64,000 nucleotides of DNA from an uncultured virus (IMG/VR IMGVR_UViG_3300011008_002732) (taxonomy: Duplodnaviria > Heunggongvirae > Uroviricota > Caudoviricetes), in IMG/VR virus record IMGVR_UViG_3300011008_002732; one strand, given 5' to 3'. This document shows, in pieces, positions 19,640 to 29,591 of the stretch; positions within the stretch are counted from its first letter, which is position 1, and each line of letters starts with the position of its first letter. The notes beneath the pieces are model-generated. The model searched no databases. It was not told where the DNA came from and worked only from the letters and a program-made list of their open reading frames with translations. The position numbers and the translations under genes were made by a program.

Positions 19640-20053
19640 ATGAGCATGAGAAAACTTTTTATTGCACTGTCATTCTGCTTGGCAATCCCGACGCTGTTCT
19701 CCTGTGGAGGCGATGATGGGGATGATGCCATTGACACCGAACAGGCCGAAATCGAACTTTACAAGCAGAAGATTATCGGTTCGTGGGAGCGTTACGAACA
19801 GAACAAAGGAAACAGCACTACTGAGTTCCAAGAGTCCACAGCCAAAGACACGCTGACTTTCTACTCAGACGGCACGAGATATTCCACTATTCTGCAAAGC
19901 CGCGTGACATGGGAAATGTGGTATCGTCAAATCTTTATCGGCTCGTTCATCTACTCCCTCTCGTTTGATGAGGGGTACTCTATCATGCAACTGCGTCAGA
20001 ACCTTGGCTCTGACATCTTCATCTACCGCTATAGGCGAATACCTAATCAGTGA
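19640..20053 (+). CDS. Lipoprotein, possibly lipocalin-like
   Basis: Signal peptide with lipobox (MRKLFIALSFCLAIPTLFSC) then IIGSWE; TATCTTTG promoter element upstream. Confidence 0.7.
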   Translation: MSMRKLFIALSFCLAIPTLFSCGGDDGDDAIDTEQAEIELYKQKIIGSWERYEQNKGNSTTEFQESTAKDTLTFYSDGTRYSTILQSRVTWEMWYRQIFIGSFIYSLSFDEGYSIMQLRQNLGSDIFIYRYRRIPNQ

Positions 20054-20358
20054 GCCTTGCATGGTTCAGCGATGGGAGCAGCCACCTCTCGCAGACGCTC
20101 CAAAGGGATGGTTCTGATGTCCTCGATGGCACACGTCTTACTCAGCCAATCTGCAAAGGTCTCACGGCCATCCGACCGCCAATAATACCTCGAATACAAC
20201 CTCTGCCTGAGCAAGCGCCTCTCCTTGTATTCCGGGTCTGCTTCCTCATGCTTTTTCAACCATGTCAGCTGCCACCTCGACCTGTTACTCTTGAAGCGGT
20301 CATACTGCTCTTGGGTATCGAAGTGCTCACGCTTGTACTTGTACTTCTTCTCGTTCAT
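20047..20358 (-). CDS. Hypothetical basic protein, paralog of helper gene 58987-59277
   Basis: Shared KYKREHFD, LRQRLYSRYYW.SDGR.TFA.WL and IEDI motifs. Confidence 0.8.
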   Translation of the reverse strand: MNEKKYKYKREHFDTQEQYDRFKSNRSRWQLTWLKKHEEADPEYKERRLLRQRLYSRYYWRSDGRETFADWLSKTCAIEDIRTIPLERLREVAAPIAEPCKAH

Positions 20359-20919
20359 GCTCTCTATGTGAAATGATGTGAAATTCTATGCAAAACCAAC
20401 TCAAATGCGGTCATTTTTCGCCAAAATCCTGCCATTTTCGACACTTTGGCAATGATGGGTTGAACTGCCATCGAACTCCTTACCATACAGGGATTTCGTG
20501 CTTCTCCAGCACCTACCGCCTCGCACACACGCGCACATAACGCACGTGCGCTTTGCCGTTACTTTTGTTTCCATCCCTCAGTTATCCGATTCTTCAAGCG
20601 TTGGGTTGTTTTGCTTGTTTGCCAGCATTGTCAGACATTCGCTTGTTTTGGGTTGAATTATCGCTTTTTCAACTCATGCTCTCTCCCCGTGATGGTTCTT
20701 TGGAGTGGGGTTGAGAAACTGGCTTAGAACGGCTGTGTGAGGCTGTGAGGGGGCATTTTCGCTTGGGATGGGTATGTGAGGGTGAATAAAAGGGAGCAAC
20801 CTGCGCTCATACGTCACAGCCTGCTCCCCGAGGCATGGTAAGTAAGTATATCATGACGACACCTGCATCAGCGGCCGTCTCTACCGCATTGAGCCGATCC
20901 TCTGACAGGCAGGAGTGTA

Positions 20920-23900
20920 CTACAGGTTCTTCGTGTTCTTTACGATGTCTTTCAGATACTCGTTGAACTCAATGTACATCTTCTTCGAGTACTTCGCCAC
21001 ATCTTCGAGGTAGCCCGTATCGAGAATAATCAGATTGCGAATTTCATACACGGCATCCTTCATTTCTATGCTCATGGCATCCCTACCTGTCAAGATGGTG
21101 AGGATGGCGGCGACATCGTTGCGTATCATTTCAGCGCTTATCTGCAGGGCGGTAAACCTTCCGTTCAGCTCCTCGCCTGTGTCTTGCGACATGGCTTGGA
21201 AACCCTTGCTGCTTGCCTCTTGCTGATATGCTTCGCTGTTGGCCTTGATGATGCCCAAGTCGAGCAAGGCCTGCCTGTCTGCCAGCATGTCATTGGCGAT
21301 CTGCTCATTCGTGGCTCTGATAGCGTCAGCTTCCTGCTTGGTGATGTTGTCGTCCATAGCCGCGTCTGCTATCATCTTATAAAGTGCATCGATGCGGTCT
21401 TTATACTTGGCCGTCATGAGCGAGTTGAGGATAGCGTTAGACAGCACCTTCTCCATGTTGTCGCTGAAAGCCTCGAAGTCACTACCCATGTCGGTTAGGA
21501 TGGAGGAGAAACTATCTCTGAACCCTTCCCATGAATAGCCTGTCAGCTTCTCGTTGAGTGACGATGTGATGGACTCCAGCGTTCCGGCACGGTCGATGTA
21601 CTGGTTCACGAGGTCTAACGGGTTGCGATGGCCATCGGTGCTGAACAGGCTTGCCCATTGTTCGGGAGCGAAGTCTCTGAGCAACTTCATCTGCTCGGGA
21701 GTCAAGTTCCAAATGGTATCTCTGTTCACCGTGGCATTCTCGCCATGCTCCTTCAGTACCTGTGTGAACTTGTCCCATCCTTCCCATCCATTGCCTGCCA
21801 TATTGGCATTGAACGAGTGCTTGCCACCCAAACCGAGGAACCCATATCCGCTGTTGGCATACTCTCCAGCACGGGAGTCTATGGCCTCACGTTGGTTCTT
21901 CTCCCAATCCTTCTCGGCTTGGTAAGCAAGCTTGTATGCTTCGACCGACTCCGTGTTCGTGGTGTCCTTGCTTGCTATCGTCTCTTTCAGCGAGTCAATG
22001 GATTCAGCAAGGCCCTCATTCGCCTTTGCGAGTTCTTCAATGCGAGCCTCCATTTCTTCCTCGTTGCCACTACCTGCGAAGATGGTGACAAAGGACTTCC
22101 CGAATCCGGCTATGCCATCAAGAACCCCGTTCACGGCTCCAATGATGTCGCCACTCGCAAGGGAGGTGATAGCCGATTGGAACCCTGCCACACCGTCTGC
22201 AAAGCCATGTACCGCATCACCGAAGTCGGTGTTCTCGAGACCAACCTTATCCACGAACTCCGCAAGGCTCTGAGCGTTCTGATTCACGAGGTTGATGATA
22301 CCCATTGCTCCACCACCTGCCGAGTTCTGAGCGTTCTTGAAGATGTCACCGATGCTGCTTCCGCTCAACATGGCGTTTGCATTGGAAACCCTCTTCTTCC
22401 CTTCTGCTGAATCTGCTTCGGCTTTCGTGAGGTCTATGGTGGCCGTCTGCAACTGATCGAAGCAGTCAGTCAACCGCTGTCCGGCTTCAGTAGTGGCATC
22501 GACTCCGAGTTCATTGAACAGCTGAAGCTTGCCCTCGATGCTAATGTCTGTTAGTTCAACGTCCTTGCCGTACAACTCCTTGAGGGCGGCTTGCACCCTC
22601 TCCTGGGCTTCTTGGACTTTGGTCTCAGCGACACCCTGTTCTGCAAGGAGCCTGTTGTACTCCTGCTGTGCTGAGGCTGCTGCACGGGTCAGTCTCTCCC
22701 TTTCTCTGAGGGCAGGGATGATGGAACTCCAGACACTTGTGCGGTCTGAAATCTTGTCTTCGATTTCGAGTATCTTCTGCGAGATAACCTGTGCATCCTC
22801 TGCACCGACACCACCTGCAGCAAGTGCGCCTCTCAGTTTCTCGCGTAGTCCTTTCAGAGCCTCCGTCGATACCCTGTCGAGGTTGTTGAACACGCTCTCC
22901 CAATCGAGGTCATTCTGAAGCTGCTGGAAGTTCAGAGCCTCCAATGCCTGGTCGCGCTCTTGCTCCAATGCAGCTTTTCTGATGGCATTGTCCTCGTCGG
23001 CTATCTTCTGAGCGTACTGGGCGCTGATGGCGGCTTTCTGCTGTTCGACGCTGCCGTACTCCCTCATGTACTCATGCAGGGCTTCTATATTCGCCTTGTT
23101 GACCTCCTCGATGCCACGATTGAACTCTGCGGTGTTGGCTGCAAGCTGTGCTTCGTAGGCTTTCGTCTCTGCCTCAGTATAGGACACATCGACCTTCGTT
23201 GGGTCAAACACTTTGTCCTTGTTCTTGGGGTCTGCCTCGAACAGCTGACGCGCCTTGTCTATCTTGGACTTCTTTAGGTCCTCATAGCCACGCTCGATTT
23301 CCTTCTTGCGCTTGTCGAAGTCGAGGCGAAGCTGCTTGAGGGTCTTCTCCGTCCCGTCCTTCAAGGCATCAATCTCTGCCTGCCTGGTCTCAATCTCCAA
23401 GTCCTCGGCTGACCTTCTCCTGTCGAGTGACTGCTGCTGCTGAAGTTCATCATACCTCTGCTGCTGACGCTGCCTGTCAACCTTGGAGGTCTTGCCGCCC
23501 GTCGTGGTTTTCTTGGTCGTTGTGGACTCGGCATAGCCTTTCTTGTGGGTAGAGAGGGTCTTAGACACCTCGCCTACCTGCCTGTTGTACTCAGTCCATT
23601 CGGAACTACCATACTCGGAGGCATCACGTTTCTTCTTCAAGTCGGTGAGGCGCTTCTCCAGGGCTGCATCTGAGCCGGCAGTCAGCGATGAGGGAAGGAG
23701 GCCGTTTATCTGCTCCAGCAAGTTCTTCAATGCTTCGAGCCGTGAGTTGTCGGACTGAACCTTCACCTCCTTGGCATTGATGGCATCAATCTCACGCTGG
23801 ACTTCCTCTGCCTTGCTCGTCAGCTGCTCGAAGTTCATCTGGTCGATGGCCTCGTTGGTCACGTCCTTCGTGCTGACAGCGGCATTGGCGATACCCTGCA

Positions 23901-26178
23901 ACTGAGCCTTGGTTCGGTCAAGCTCGCTGTATGCCTCGGAGAAACCCTTGGCTGAGTCTTCCACGTAGTCGTGCAGATCATCATGGAACGTCTCTAACTC
24001 ATCGTCCGTGACACCGAGTGAGCGCAGAATCCTCTCGATAGCGGCCACCTCGTCATTGACAGCTTTCTCTCCGTCTGCAGCAGACTGGGCAAAGGCATCG
24101 GACATCTTCTTGGAGTGCTCCATGACCTCCGTCGAAATCATGTTCCAAGTGGCAGACGTTATCTTCTGAATGTTGCGGCTCTGATACTCAACAGGACCAT
24201 ATCCGGGAATCGTCTTTCCGTCACCAGCGTCGATGGAGGTGTACTCAATCTTCGTGTACTTCGCCTTCGATGCCTGCTTGATGAGTTCGTCCATAGCCTC
24301 CTTCTCCTTGGCCATGGCATCCTCGTTGGACTTGGCTACGGCTTCGGCTATGGTCTTTTCGGCTGCTTGCTGTCTGATGGCTTCGGTGAGCGCTTCGTAC
24401 TTGAGCTTCTGCTCCTCCAAGGTGTCGTTCACGTTCAACTGAGCCACGTTGTAGTCACTGGCCAGCTTGTTTATTCCGTTCAGAGCGTCATTGTAGCTCT
24501 TGGTGCCCTTCTCCACATTCGTCAGCACCGCATAGTAGGTGTCAAGGGTCTGCTTCTCCTTCATCACCTTGTCGCGGAACCGCTCCGTGGCATCACTTGC
24601 ATCGTCCGTCTCGGAACTGAACAGCGACAACAGGCCGATGATGGAGGTGATGGCAACCAGCGCGAGGCCGAATGGGTTGCTCATCATTGCTGCCTTGAGG
24701 CCGTGCATGGCAGTCGTGCACATCTTAGTGGCCGCTGCCCACAAGCCCGTTGCCTTGGTGTTGGCGTTCTTCTGAACCGTATCGACCTGCGTCTGAAAGG
24801 TGTTGAGGCGCTGCTGTGCCGTGTTCTTGGCCGTGGCGGCTGTCTGCACTTCCTTGGCGGCAGCGTTCTTCAGTTCTGCTGCACTTGACATGTTGGACTG
24901 CGCTACGGACAACTCCTTCTCTGCAGCAGCTATCCTCTCAGCGTCACCGCTTGCCTTGGCCGCTACCAACTCTGCTTCCGCTGCTGACACTCTCTCTGCT
25001 GCCGACTCCACCATCTGACTTGCAAGGTTGCTGTCCTCGATGGCTGCGTCATGGATGGCCGATGCACTTGCGAGACGTGCCGTCAGCTCCTTCTCTATCG
25101 CTGCCACCTGCTGGTCTATGACTGCGGCATTGCCAGCCTTTGCCTGTGTGTTGGCTTGGGTGGCGGCTGTCTCTGCAGCGATGCTATCCGTTTGGAGTGA
25201 AGCCTCGTACTGATCCACAAGGCTCTGCATTTCCGCTACCCTCTCAGTCTCGATGGTGGCCTTCTGCTTGGAAATCATGTCTTGGTAGGCACTGAGCACC
25301 ATGAGGCTTGCCTTGTACTCACCATAGGCAGCTACCACCGTCATAATGGCCGTGCCGACTGTCTTCCAATTCTCCACTATCGTTGACACAACACCGAGCG
25401 TAGTGTTGATAACACCTTCCTCACTCTTGCCAATCTCATTGAACATCATGTCAATCGAGTCCTCGATGTTCGAGATTTGGCCTTTGATGGTGCGGCTCTG
25501 AGCATCCATCAGTCCGCCGAACTTGCCTCCGGCTTGTGTCATGTTGTCGATGGCTTGTTTCAGCACGTCGGAGGTGACCTTACCCGCAGTCACGGCTTCG
25601 CCCACAGCATCCTTTGTGATGTTGAGAATCTTGGCTATCTCCTCCGCGATGGGAATACCACGGCCTTGGAACTGACGCAAGTCCTGTGTGAACATTCTGC
25701 CCTGCACCATCGTAGTACCATACAGGTACACGAGGTCGTTGAGGGGTATGGAAAGTCCGGCTGCTATATCTCCGAGGTGAATCAGAGTGCCGTTCACATC
25801 TTCTGCCGCTATGCCGTAGGCCAGCAGCTGCTTGGCACCCTCTGCGACACCATGAAGGTCAAAGGGTGTGGTGGCCGCTGTCTTGACAAGCTGGCCAAGG
25901 AGGGCATTGGCTCTCTCCTCGCTTCCGAGCATCGTCTTGAAGGCTACCTCCAGCTGTTGGAACTCACCTCTCACGTTGGCGACTTGCTTCACGAACTCTG
26001 TCACACCGATGCCAGCGACCAATCCCGCAGCCGACCTCTTGATGTTGTCGAACACGTCGCTAAGACGCTTACCTTCTGCCTCTGCCTTGGTGGCCGTGTC
26101 CTTGATGGCCTGGTTGGACTGACTGAGGCTTTCTATCAGTCCGGCATTGTTTCCTGTGATTTCAAACTTCAGTGCCAT
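20920..26178 (-). CDS. Tape measure protein encoded by the element (about 1752 aa)
   Basis: Starts MALKFEITG like the helper TMP; tape-measure N-terminal domain (AATTPFDL..GAKQLLAYG); MMSNPFG hydrophobic segment; MSQD..ELNGRFTALQ. Confidence 0.92.
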   Translation of the reverse strand: MALKFEITGNNAGLIESLSQSNQAIKDTATKAEAEGKRLSDVFDNIKRSAAGLVAGIGVTEFVKQVANVRGEFQQLEVAFKTMLGSEERANALLGQLVKTAATTPFDLHGVAEGAKQLLAYGIAAEDVNGTLIHLGDIAAGLSIPLNDLVYLYGTTMVQGRMFTQDLRQFQGRGIPIAEEIAKILNITKDAVGEAVTAGKVTSDVLKQAIDNMTQAGGKFGGLMDAQSRTIKGQISNIEDSIDMMFNEIGKSEEGVINTTLGVVSTIVENWKTVGTAIMTVVAAYGEYKASLMVLSAYQDMISKQKATIETERVAEMQSLVDQYEASLQTDSIAAETAATQANTQAKAGNAAVIDQQVAAIEKELTARLASASAIHDAAIEDSNLASQMVESAAERVSAAEAELVAAKASGDAERIAAAEKELSVAQSNMSSAAELKNAAAKEVQTAATAKNTAQQRLNTFQTQVDTVQKNANTKATGLWAAATKMCTTAMHGLKAAMMSNPFGLALVAITSIIGLLSLFSSETDDASDATERFRDKVMKEKQTLDTYYAVLTNVEKGTKSYNDALNGINKLASDYNVAQLNVNDTLEEQKLKYEALTEAIRQQAAEKTIAEAVAKSNEDAMAKEKEAMDELIKQASKAKYTKIEYTSIDAGDGKTIPGYGPVEYQSRNIQKITSATWNMISTEVMEHSKKMSDAFAQSAADGEKAVNDEVAAIERILRSLGVTDDELETFHDDLHDYVEDSAKGFSEAYSELDRTKAQLQGIANAAVSTKDVTNEAIDQMNFEQLTSKAEEVQREIDAINAKEVKVQSDNSRLEALKNLLEQINGLLPSSLTAGSDAALEKRLTDLKKKRDASEYGSSEWTEYNRQVGEVSKTLSTHKKGYAESTTTKKTTTGGKTSKVDRQRQQQRYDELQQQQSLDRRRSAEDLEIETRQAEIDALKDGTEKTLKQLRLDFDKRKKEIERGYEDLKKSKIDKARQLFEADPKNKDKVFDPTKVDVSYTEAETKAYEAQLAANTAEFNRGIEEVNKANIEALHEYMREYGSVEQQKAAISAQYAQKIADEDNAIRKAALEQERDQALEALNFQQLQNDLDWESVFNNLDRVSTEALKGLREKLRGALAAGGVGAEDAQVISQKILEIEDKISDRTSVWSSIIPALRERERLTRAAASAQQEYNRLLAEQGVAETKVQEAQERVQAALKELYGKDVELTDISIEGKLQLFNELGVDATTEAGQRLTDCFDQLQTATIDLTKAEADSAEGKKRVSNANAMLSGSSIGDIFKNAQNSAGGGAMGIINLVNQNAQSLAEFVDKVGLENTDFGDAVHGFADGVAGFQSAITSLASGDIIGAVNGVLDGIAGFGKSFVTIFAGSGNEEEMEARIEELAKANEGLAESIDSLKETIASKDTTNTESVEAYKLAYQAEKDWEKNQREAIDSRAGEYANSGYGFLGLGGKHSFNANMAGNGWEGWDKFTQVLKEHGENATVNRDTIWNLTPEQMKLLRDFAPEQWASLFSTDGHRNPLDLVNQYIDRAGTLESITSSLNEKLTGYSWEGFRDSFSSILTDMGSDFEAFSDNMEKVLSNAILNSLMTAKYKDRIDALYKMIADAAMDDNITKQEADAIRATNEQIANDMLADRQALLDLGIIKANSEAYQQEASSKGFQAMSQDTGEELNGRFTALQISAEMIRNDVAAILTILTGRDAMSIEMKDAVYEIRNLIILDTGYLEDVAKYSKKMYIEFNEYLKDIVKNTKNL

Positions 26179-26446
26179 GTCTCTGCATTTTATAGATTTC
26201 ACTTGCCACCAAGGTAGTCTTCACGCAGAAGCCAAGCAAAATGCCTACCACCTCTTCGTTTTCCTCTTTGGACTTCAAGGGGGTGATGGCGAGCTGGCGC
26301 TTCAACGCTGCACTCTCGATGCTGATGCTGTTCAATTCGTCGATTACCTGTGCAGGTCGCATTTCTCCAGACTCCAATGAGGCTTTCAAGGATGCCAACC
26401 TGTCACACCATTTCTTCGCGATGTCTCTGACTACTATCAATTCCAT
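26162..26446 (-). CDS. Hypothetical protein between the element's chaperone and TMP
   Basis: 94 aa, overlaps TMP start; no counterpart in the helper tail operon. Confidence 0.6.
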   Translation of the reverse strand: MELIVVRDIAKKWCDRLASLKASLESGEMRPAQVIDELNSISIESAALKRQLAITPLKSKEENEEVVGILLGFCVKTTLVASEIYKMQRHGTEV

Positions 26447-26479
26447 AACTGCGCTATATTTGAGGGTTACACTTCTTGG

Positions 26480-27226
26480 CTATTTCCAATTATTGTTCTT
26501 TATGAATTCCATCACCTTCTCTGCGTTCGCAGGGTCGGATGCGTCTATCACGTCCGTCTGACCTTCGAGCAGGGTGAATGGAACCTTTTTCATTTCCTCC
26601 TCGCTGAGGAAGATGTTCACGATGTGGTCGCTGTACATCAGCATGAGGTTCGCATAGGACACCTCCCACATGATATGCTCCAGGGACCAGCCGAATGTCT
26701 CTGCAAAGAAAGACAGCAGCGAGCCGTAGATAGACACGCCTCCGAAGTTCACGGAGTTGCCGCCCTTCTTCTTGTACTTGGCGATTTTGGTCTTCCGTTC
26801 CTCCTCATGGGTAATCTTGAGGAACTTCTTCAGATGAAGGATATCCTCTGCATCGTCCTTCAAGATGTGGATTAGGAGGGTGGCCATGTCGCTCAGTTCG
26901 AGGTTCTTCCTAAAGAACTCCATTCGGTTGGCGATATGGTTGGCATCCAAAATCTTCCACTTCTTGTTCGTCGTAGCGTAGGCTATCATGCGAAGCACCA
27001 GGTCTTGCTTCTCTTGGCACACACGCAGACATTCAAGGTGCGGACTGATTTTCACGTTCTCCTCATCGACCTCCAGCTGAGGCTTCATGTTGTCGATGAG
27101 CAGCTTCACTCCGAGCGACTTGGGGAAGATGTTGAAATGCTTCCCTCCTGCCTCGAACTGAATGGGCATTTCTGTCAGTACATCGACCAACAGCTGCTGT
27201 GACTTCATTTTCTCTTTTTCTTCCAT
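26480..27226 (-). CDS. Tail assembly chaperone encoded by the element
   Basis: 248 aa; shares VNFGG.S..G and DASDPANAEK with 9294-10037. Confidence 0.8.
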   Translation of the reverse strand: MEEKEKMKSQQLLVDVLTEMPIQFEAGGKHFNIFPKSLGVKLLIDNMKPQLEVDEENVKISPHLECLRVCQEKQDLVLRMIAYATTNKKWKILDANHIANRMEFFRKNLELSDMATLLIHILKDDAEDILHLKKFLKITHEEERKTKIAKYKKKGGNSVNFGGVSIYGSLLSFFAETFGWSLEHIMWEVSYANLMLMYSDHIVNIFLSEEEMKKVPFTLLEGQTDVIDASDPANAEKVMEFIKNNNWK

Positions 27227-27251
27227 TTCGTTTCTATGCTTTGGTTACTGA

Positions 27252-27503
27252 TTACTGGTCGTTGGCCACCACGACATTGAAGCCGTGACTACGCAGTTCT
27301 TCGATGCGGTACTCCTGCAGGGGACGTGGCTTGCCTCCCTTCCTCTTGCACTCGATGAAGGAGGCGGTGCCGTCTTTCAGCAGCATGAGGTCTGGGATGC
27401 CCGGCTTGTTCGTGAGTATCAGCTTCACGACCATATAGCCCTGCGACTCATACTGCTTGATGATGCGGGCTTGTACCTTGCTTTCCAACTCCCTCTTCTT
27501 CAT
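27252..27503 (-). CDS. VRR-NUC domain nuclease
   Basis: PGIPDL..FIECKRKGGKPRPLQEYR PD-(D/E)xK motif. Confidence 0.85.
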   Translation of the reverse strand: MKKRELESKVQARIIKQYESQGYMVVKLILTNKPGIPDLMLLKDGTASFIECKRKGGKPRPLQEYRIEELRSHGFNVVVANDQ

Positions 27504-27509
27504 GGCTGC

Positions 27510-28901
27510 TTAGATGTTGAGGCTGTTATCATCGACGTACTCCTCATGTACCGCCATTGGGTCTGAGGAAAGTCCTGCCCTGCGAACCGACTCTACATGA
27601 CCTACCAATGGCTTGTCACCGTTGGCTTTCATCCATTTCTCGATCTCCTGCTTCTCGTCGTCTTGGATAAACGGAGTGATGATGTGCTCTACGCTGATGC
27701 TGTCAAGCTCATTCTTCCATTTCACGTTCATCTGACCGAGGAAGGCCTTTATCACATTGCACTCCCTTTCAAGGAACTCTTCCCAAATACCTGCTTCCTC
27801 TCCTATGCGAAGGTGGGCATCCGTGAACATGGTCTGACGTGCCTCATAGCCGATGTTGCCGAGACCCTTCAGGTTCTCAAACGATATGTCGGGCATCTGC
27901 GACTGAAGGAAGAACAGGCGCACCAGCATATCGACATTGTACTTCAGCGCATCGATGGACTGGTTCCACGACACATAGCCTACATCGCCTCCGTTCTGCA
28001 AGCGGAATGCCCTGCGACTGTCGCCCTTGGCTTCTTCTCCCAACACTTGGCCGACAATCTTCAAGACGGGTGCTGAGTTGTATGCTATGACATCGCTGTT
28101 CCTCGACAAGGTGTACTCTATCTCCTCTCTGAGGTTGCTGAGGCCATGGTACACAGGAACGGGTCTTGACAGGTACACACCAGGTATCTTCATAATCGAA
28201 ATCTCCTCACCGCTGACAATCTCACCTTCTTCGGTCATGGCCATTGTGACTTCCTGCCATCCCTTGTCGGTCAGCTTCCAAATGTAGTGCCTGTCCGAAG
28301 TGTATGTCTCGAAGAAGGTCACAGTCCTCTCTCCGTCCTTCCTCGTGTACTCTAAGGACATCGCAAGCATGTTGTCCCTGTCATCAATGAAGGGGTACAG
28401 CTTGTAGCCCTCCATCGGGGAATACGTCTTACATTTCAACTTGTACTGCGAGTCAAAGCCGTAAAGGGTATTCGGCTTGTTAACGGCATACCATATCGTG
28501 AACACCTCGCAGGCTGCATAGTACGCAAGCCCTCTCTTGAGGTTCACGGCATCTATCCTCGCGTGCTTGTAGATGGCCTCCATCGCGCGGACAATCTGCT
28601 TTCTCGTCTCGTCCTCACCTACGTTGGTGTATGACCGCTTCACAGGAATGGAGAAAGTGTATTCGTTGAACCTGTTTGTCAGCAGCTTCTCCATGCCGAT
28701 GTAGATGCGGCTTGCCTTCTCAATGACACCATCCGAGCGTTGGCGGTCTTTACGGCCTATGAGGTCATGCACTATCTTGTGCTTGGTCGGCTCATAGTCT
28801 CTGAGCAGATCTTCCCATCTTGGTACGTCAACTGACTTCTTCCTCAGTTGGTTGATGATTGTGTCGGGGCTTTCGCTCCCTATCAGTTCTTGAATCTTCA
28901 T
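27510..28901 (-). CDS. SPP1-type portal protein encoded by the element
   Basis: 463 aa, colinear and highly similar to helper portal (e.g. YTLSRNSDVIAYNSAPVLKI, EIEKWMKANGDKPLVGH). Confidence 0.92.
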   Translation of the reverse strand: MKIQELIGSESPDTIINQLRKKSVDVPRWEDLLRDYEPTKHKIVHDLIGRKDRQRSDGVIEKASRIYIGMEKLLTNRFNEYTFSIPVKRSYTNVGEDETRKQIVRAMEAIYKHARIDAVNLKRGLAYYAACEVFTIWYAVNKPNTLYGFDSQYKLKCKTYSPMEGYKLYPFIDDRDNMLAMSLEYTRKDGERTVTFFETYTSDRHYIWKLTDKGWQEVTMAMTEEGEIVSGEEISIMKIPGVYLSRPVPVYHGLSNLREEIEYTLSRNSDVIAYNSAPVLKIVGQVLGEEAKGDSRRAFRLQNGGDVGYVSWNQSIDALKYNVDMLVRLFFLQSQMPDISFENLKGLGNIGYEARQTMFTDAHLRIGEEAGIWEEFLERECNVIKAFLGQMNVKWKNELDSISVEHIITPFIQDDEKQEIEKWMKANGDKPLVGHVESVRRAGLSSDPMAVHEEYVDDNSLNI

Positions 28902-28928
28902 ATTGCTTATTCGATTATCGTTTCATGT

Positions 28929-29591
28929 TCACTCCTGGGCATATATCAGCCTACGCCCTTTGGCTGTCTTGGTCCTGCCAATGCAGACGTCACGAATGAG
29001 GGCAGTAGAACAACTTAGGAACTCTCCGGCTTCCCTTGCATTGCTGAACGTGGCTTCGACCTCTCCATCATCAGTAAGCAGCAAAACCCTCTTGCCCTTG
29101 CCATAGCGAGGATGGTTCCGACTGTCTCTCATCCTCTCCTTGGCCTTGCGGCTTATAGAGGCATAGGCTTCCTCCGACAACGGACGCTTCATGCCCTTGT
29201 TCCAAGGCTCATGTCCTTTCGTACCCTCAGACAGGTTGCGCAGGTGGTTCGGGAAATTGCAGTTCTCCTTGGGGGTACACCAGCGCAGGTTCTCCACTCT
29301 GTTGTCGAGCGGATTGCCGTTGATATGGTCCACCTCCAGACTCTCCTCGCTCATGGATGGAGGTAGGGGGATGAAGTGCATGGCCACCAGCCTGTGAACA
29401 AACAGCCGTGTGCCATCACGGCCACCGAGAGTAACGTTCTGATAGACTCCGTTGGTCGAGCAGGAAAGCACCTTCTCGATGGGGTAGCGGAACTTGCCGC
29501 GACGAACGACCTTGGTTCTCCGCACCCTGCCGAGGTTGCTTATCTGATAGGCTCCCTCATAGCCTCGTATGTCCTTCCAATACTCCTGCAT
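28929..29591 (-). CDS. NUMOD4-HNH homing endonuclease
   Basis: EYWKDIRGYEGAYQISNLGRVR (NUMOD4); VHRLVA..VDHING..DNRVENLRW (HNH). Confidence 0.9.
   Translation of the reverse strand: MQEYWKDIRGYEGAYQISNLGRVRRTKVVRRGKFRYPIEKVLSCSTNGVYQNVTLGGRDGTRLFVHRLVAMHFIPLPPSMSEESLEVDHINGNPLDNRVENLRWCTPKENCNFPNHLRNLSEGTKGHEPWNKGMKRPLSEEAYASISRKAKERMRDSRNHPRYGKGKRVLLLTDDGEVEATFSNAREAGEFLSCSTALIRDVCIGRTKTAKGRRLIYAQE

Noticed and set aside
28929..29591. HNH gene as part of a group I intron or intein
   Set aside because: Helicase ends and portal starts cleanly on either side, so it is free-standing
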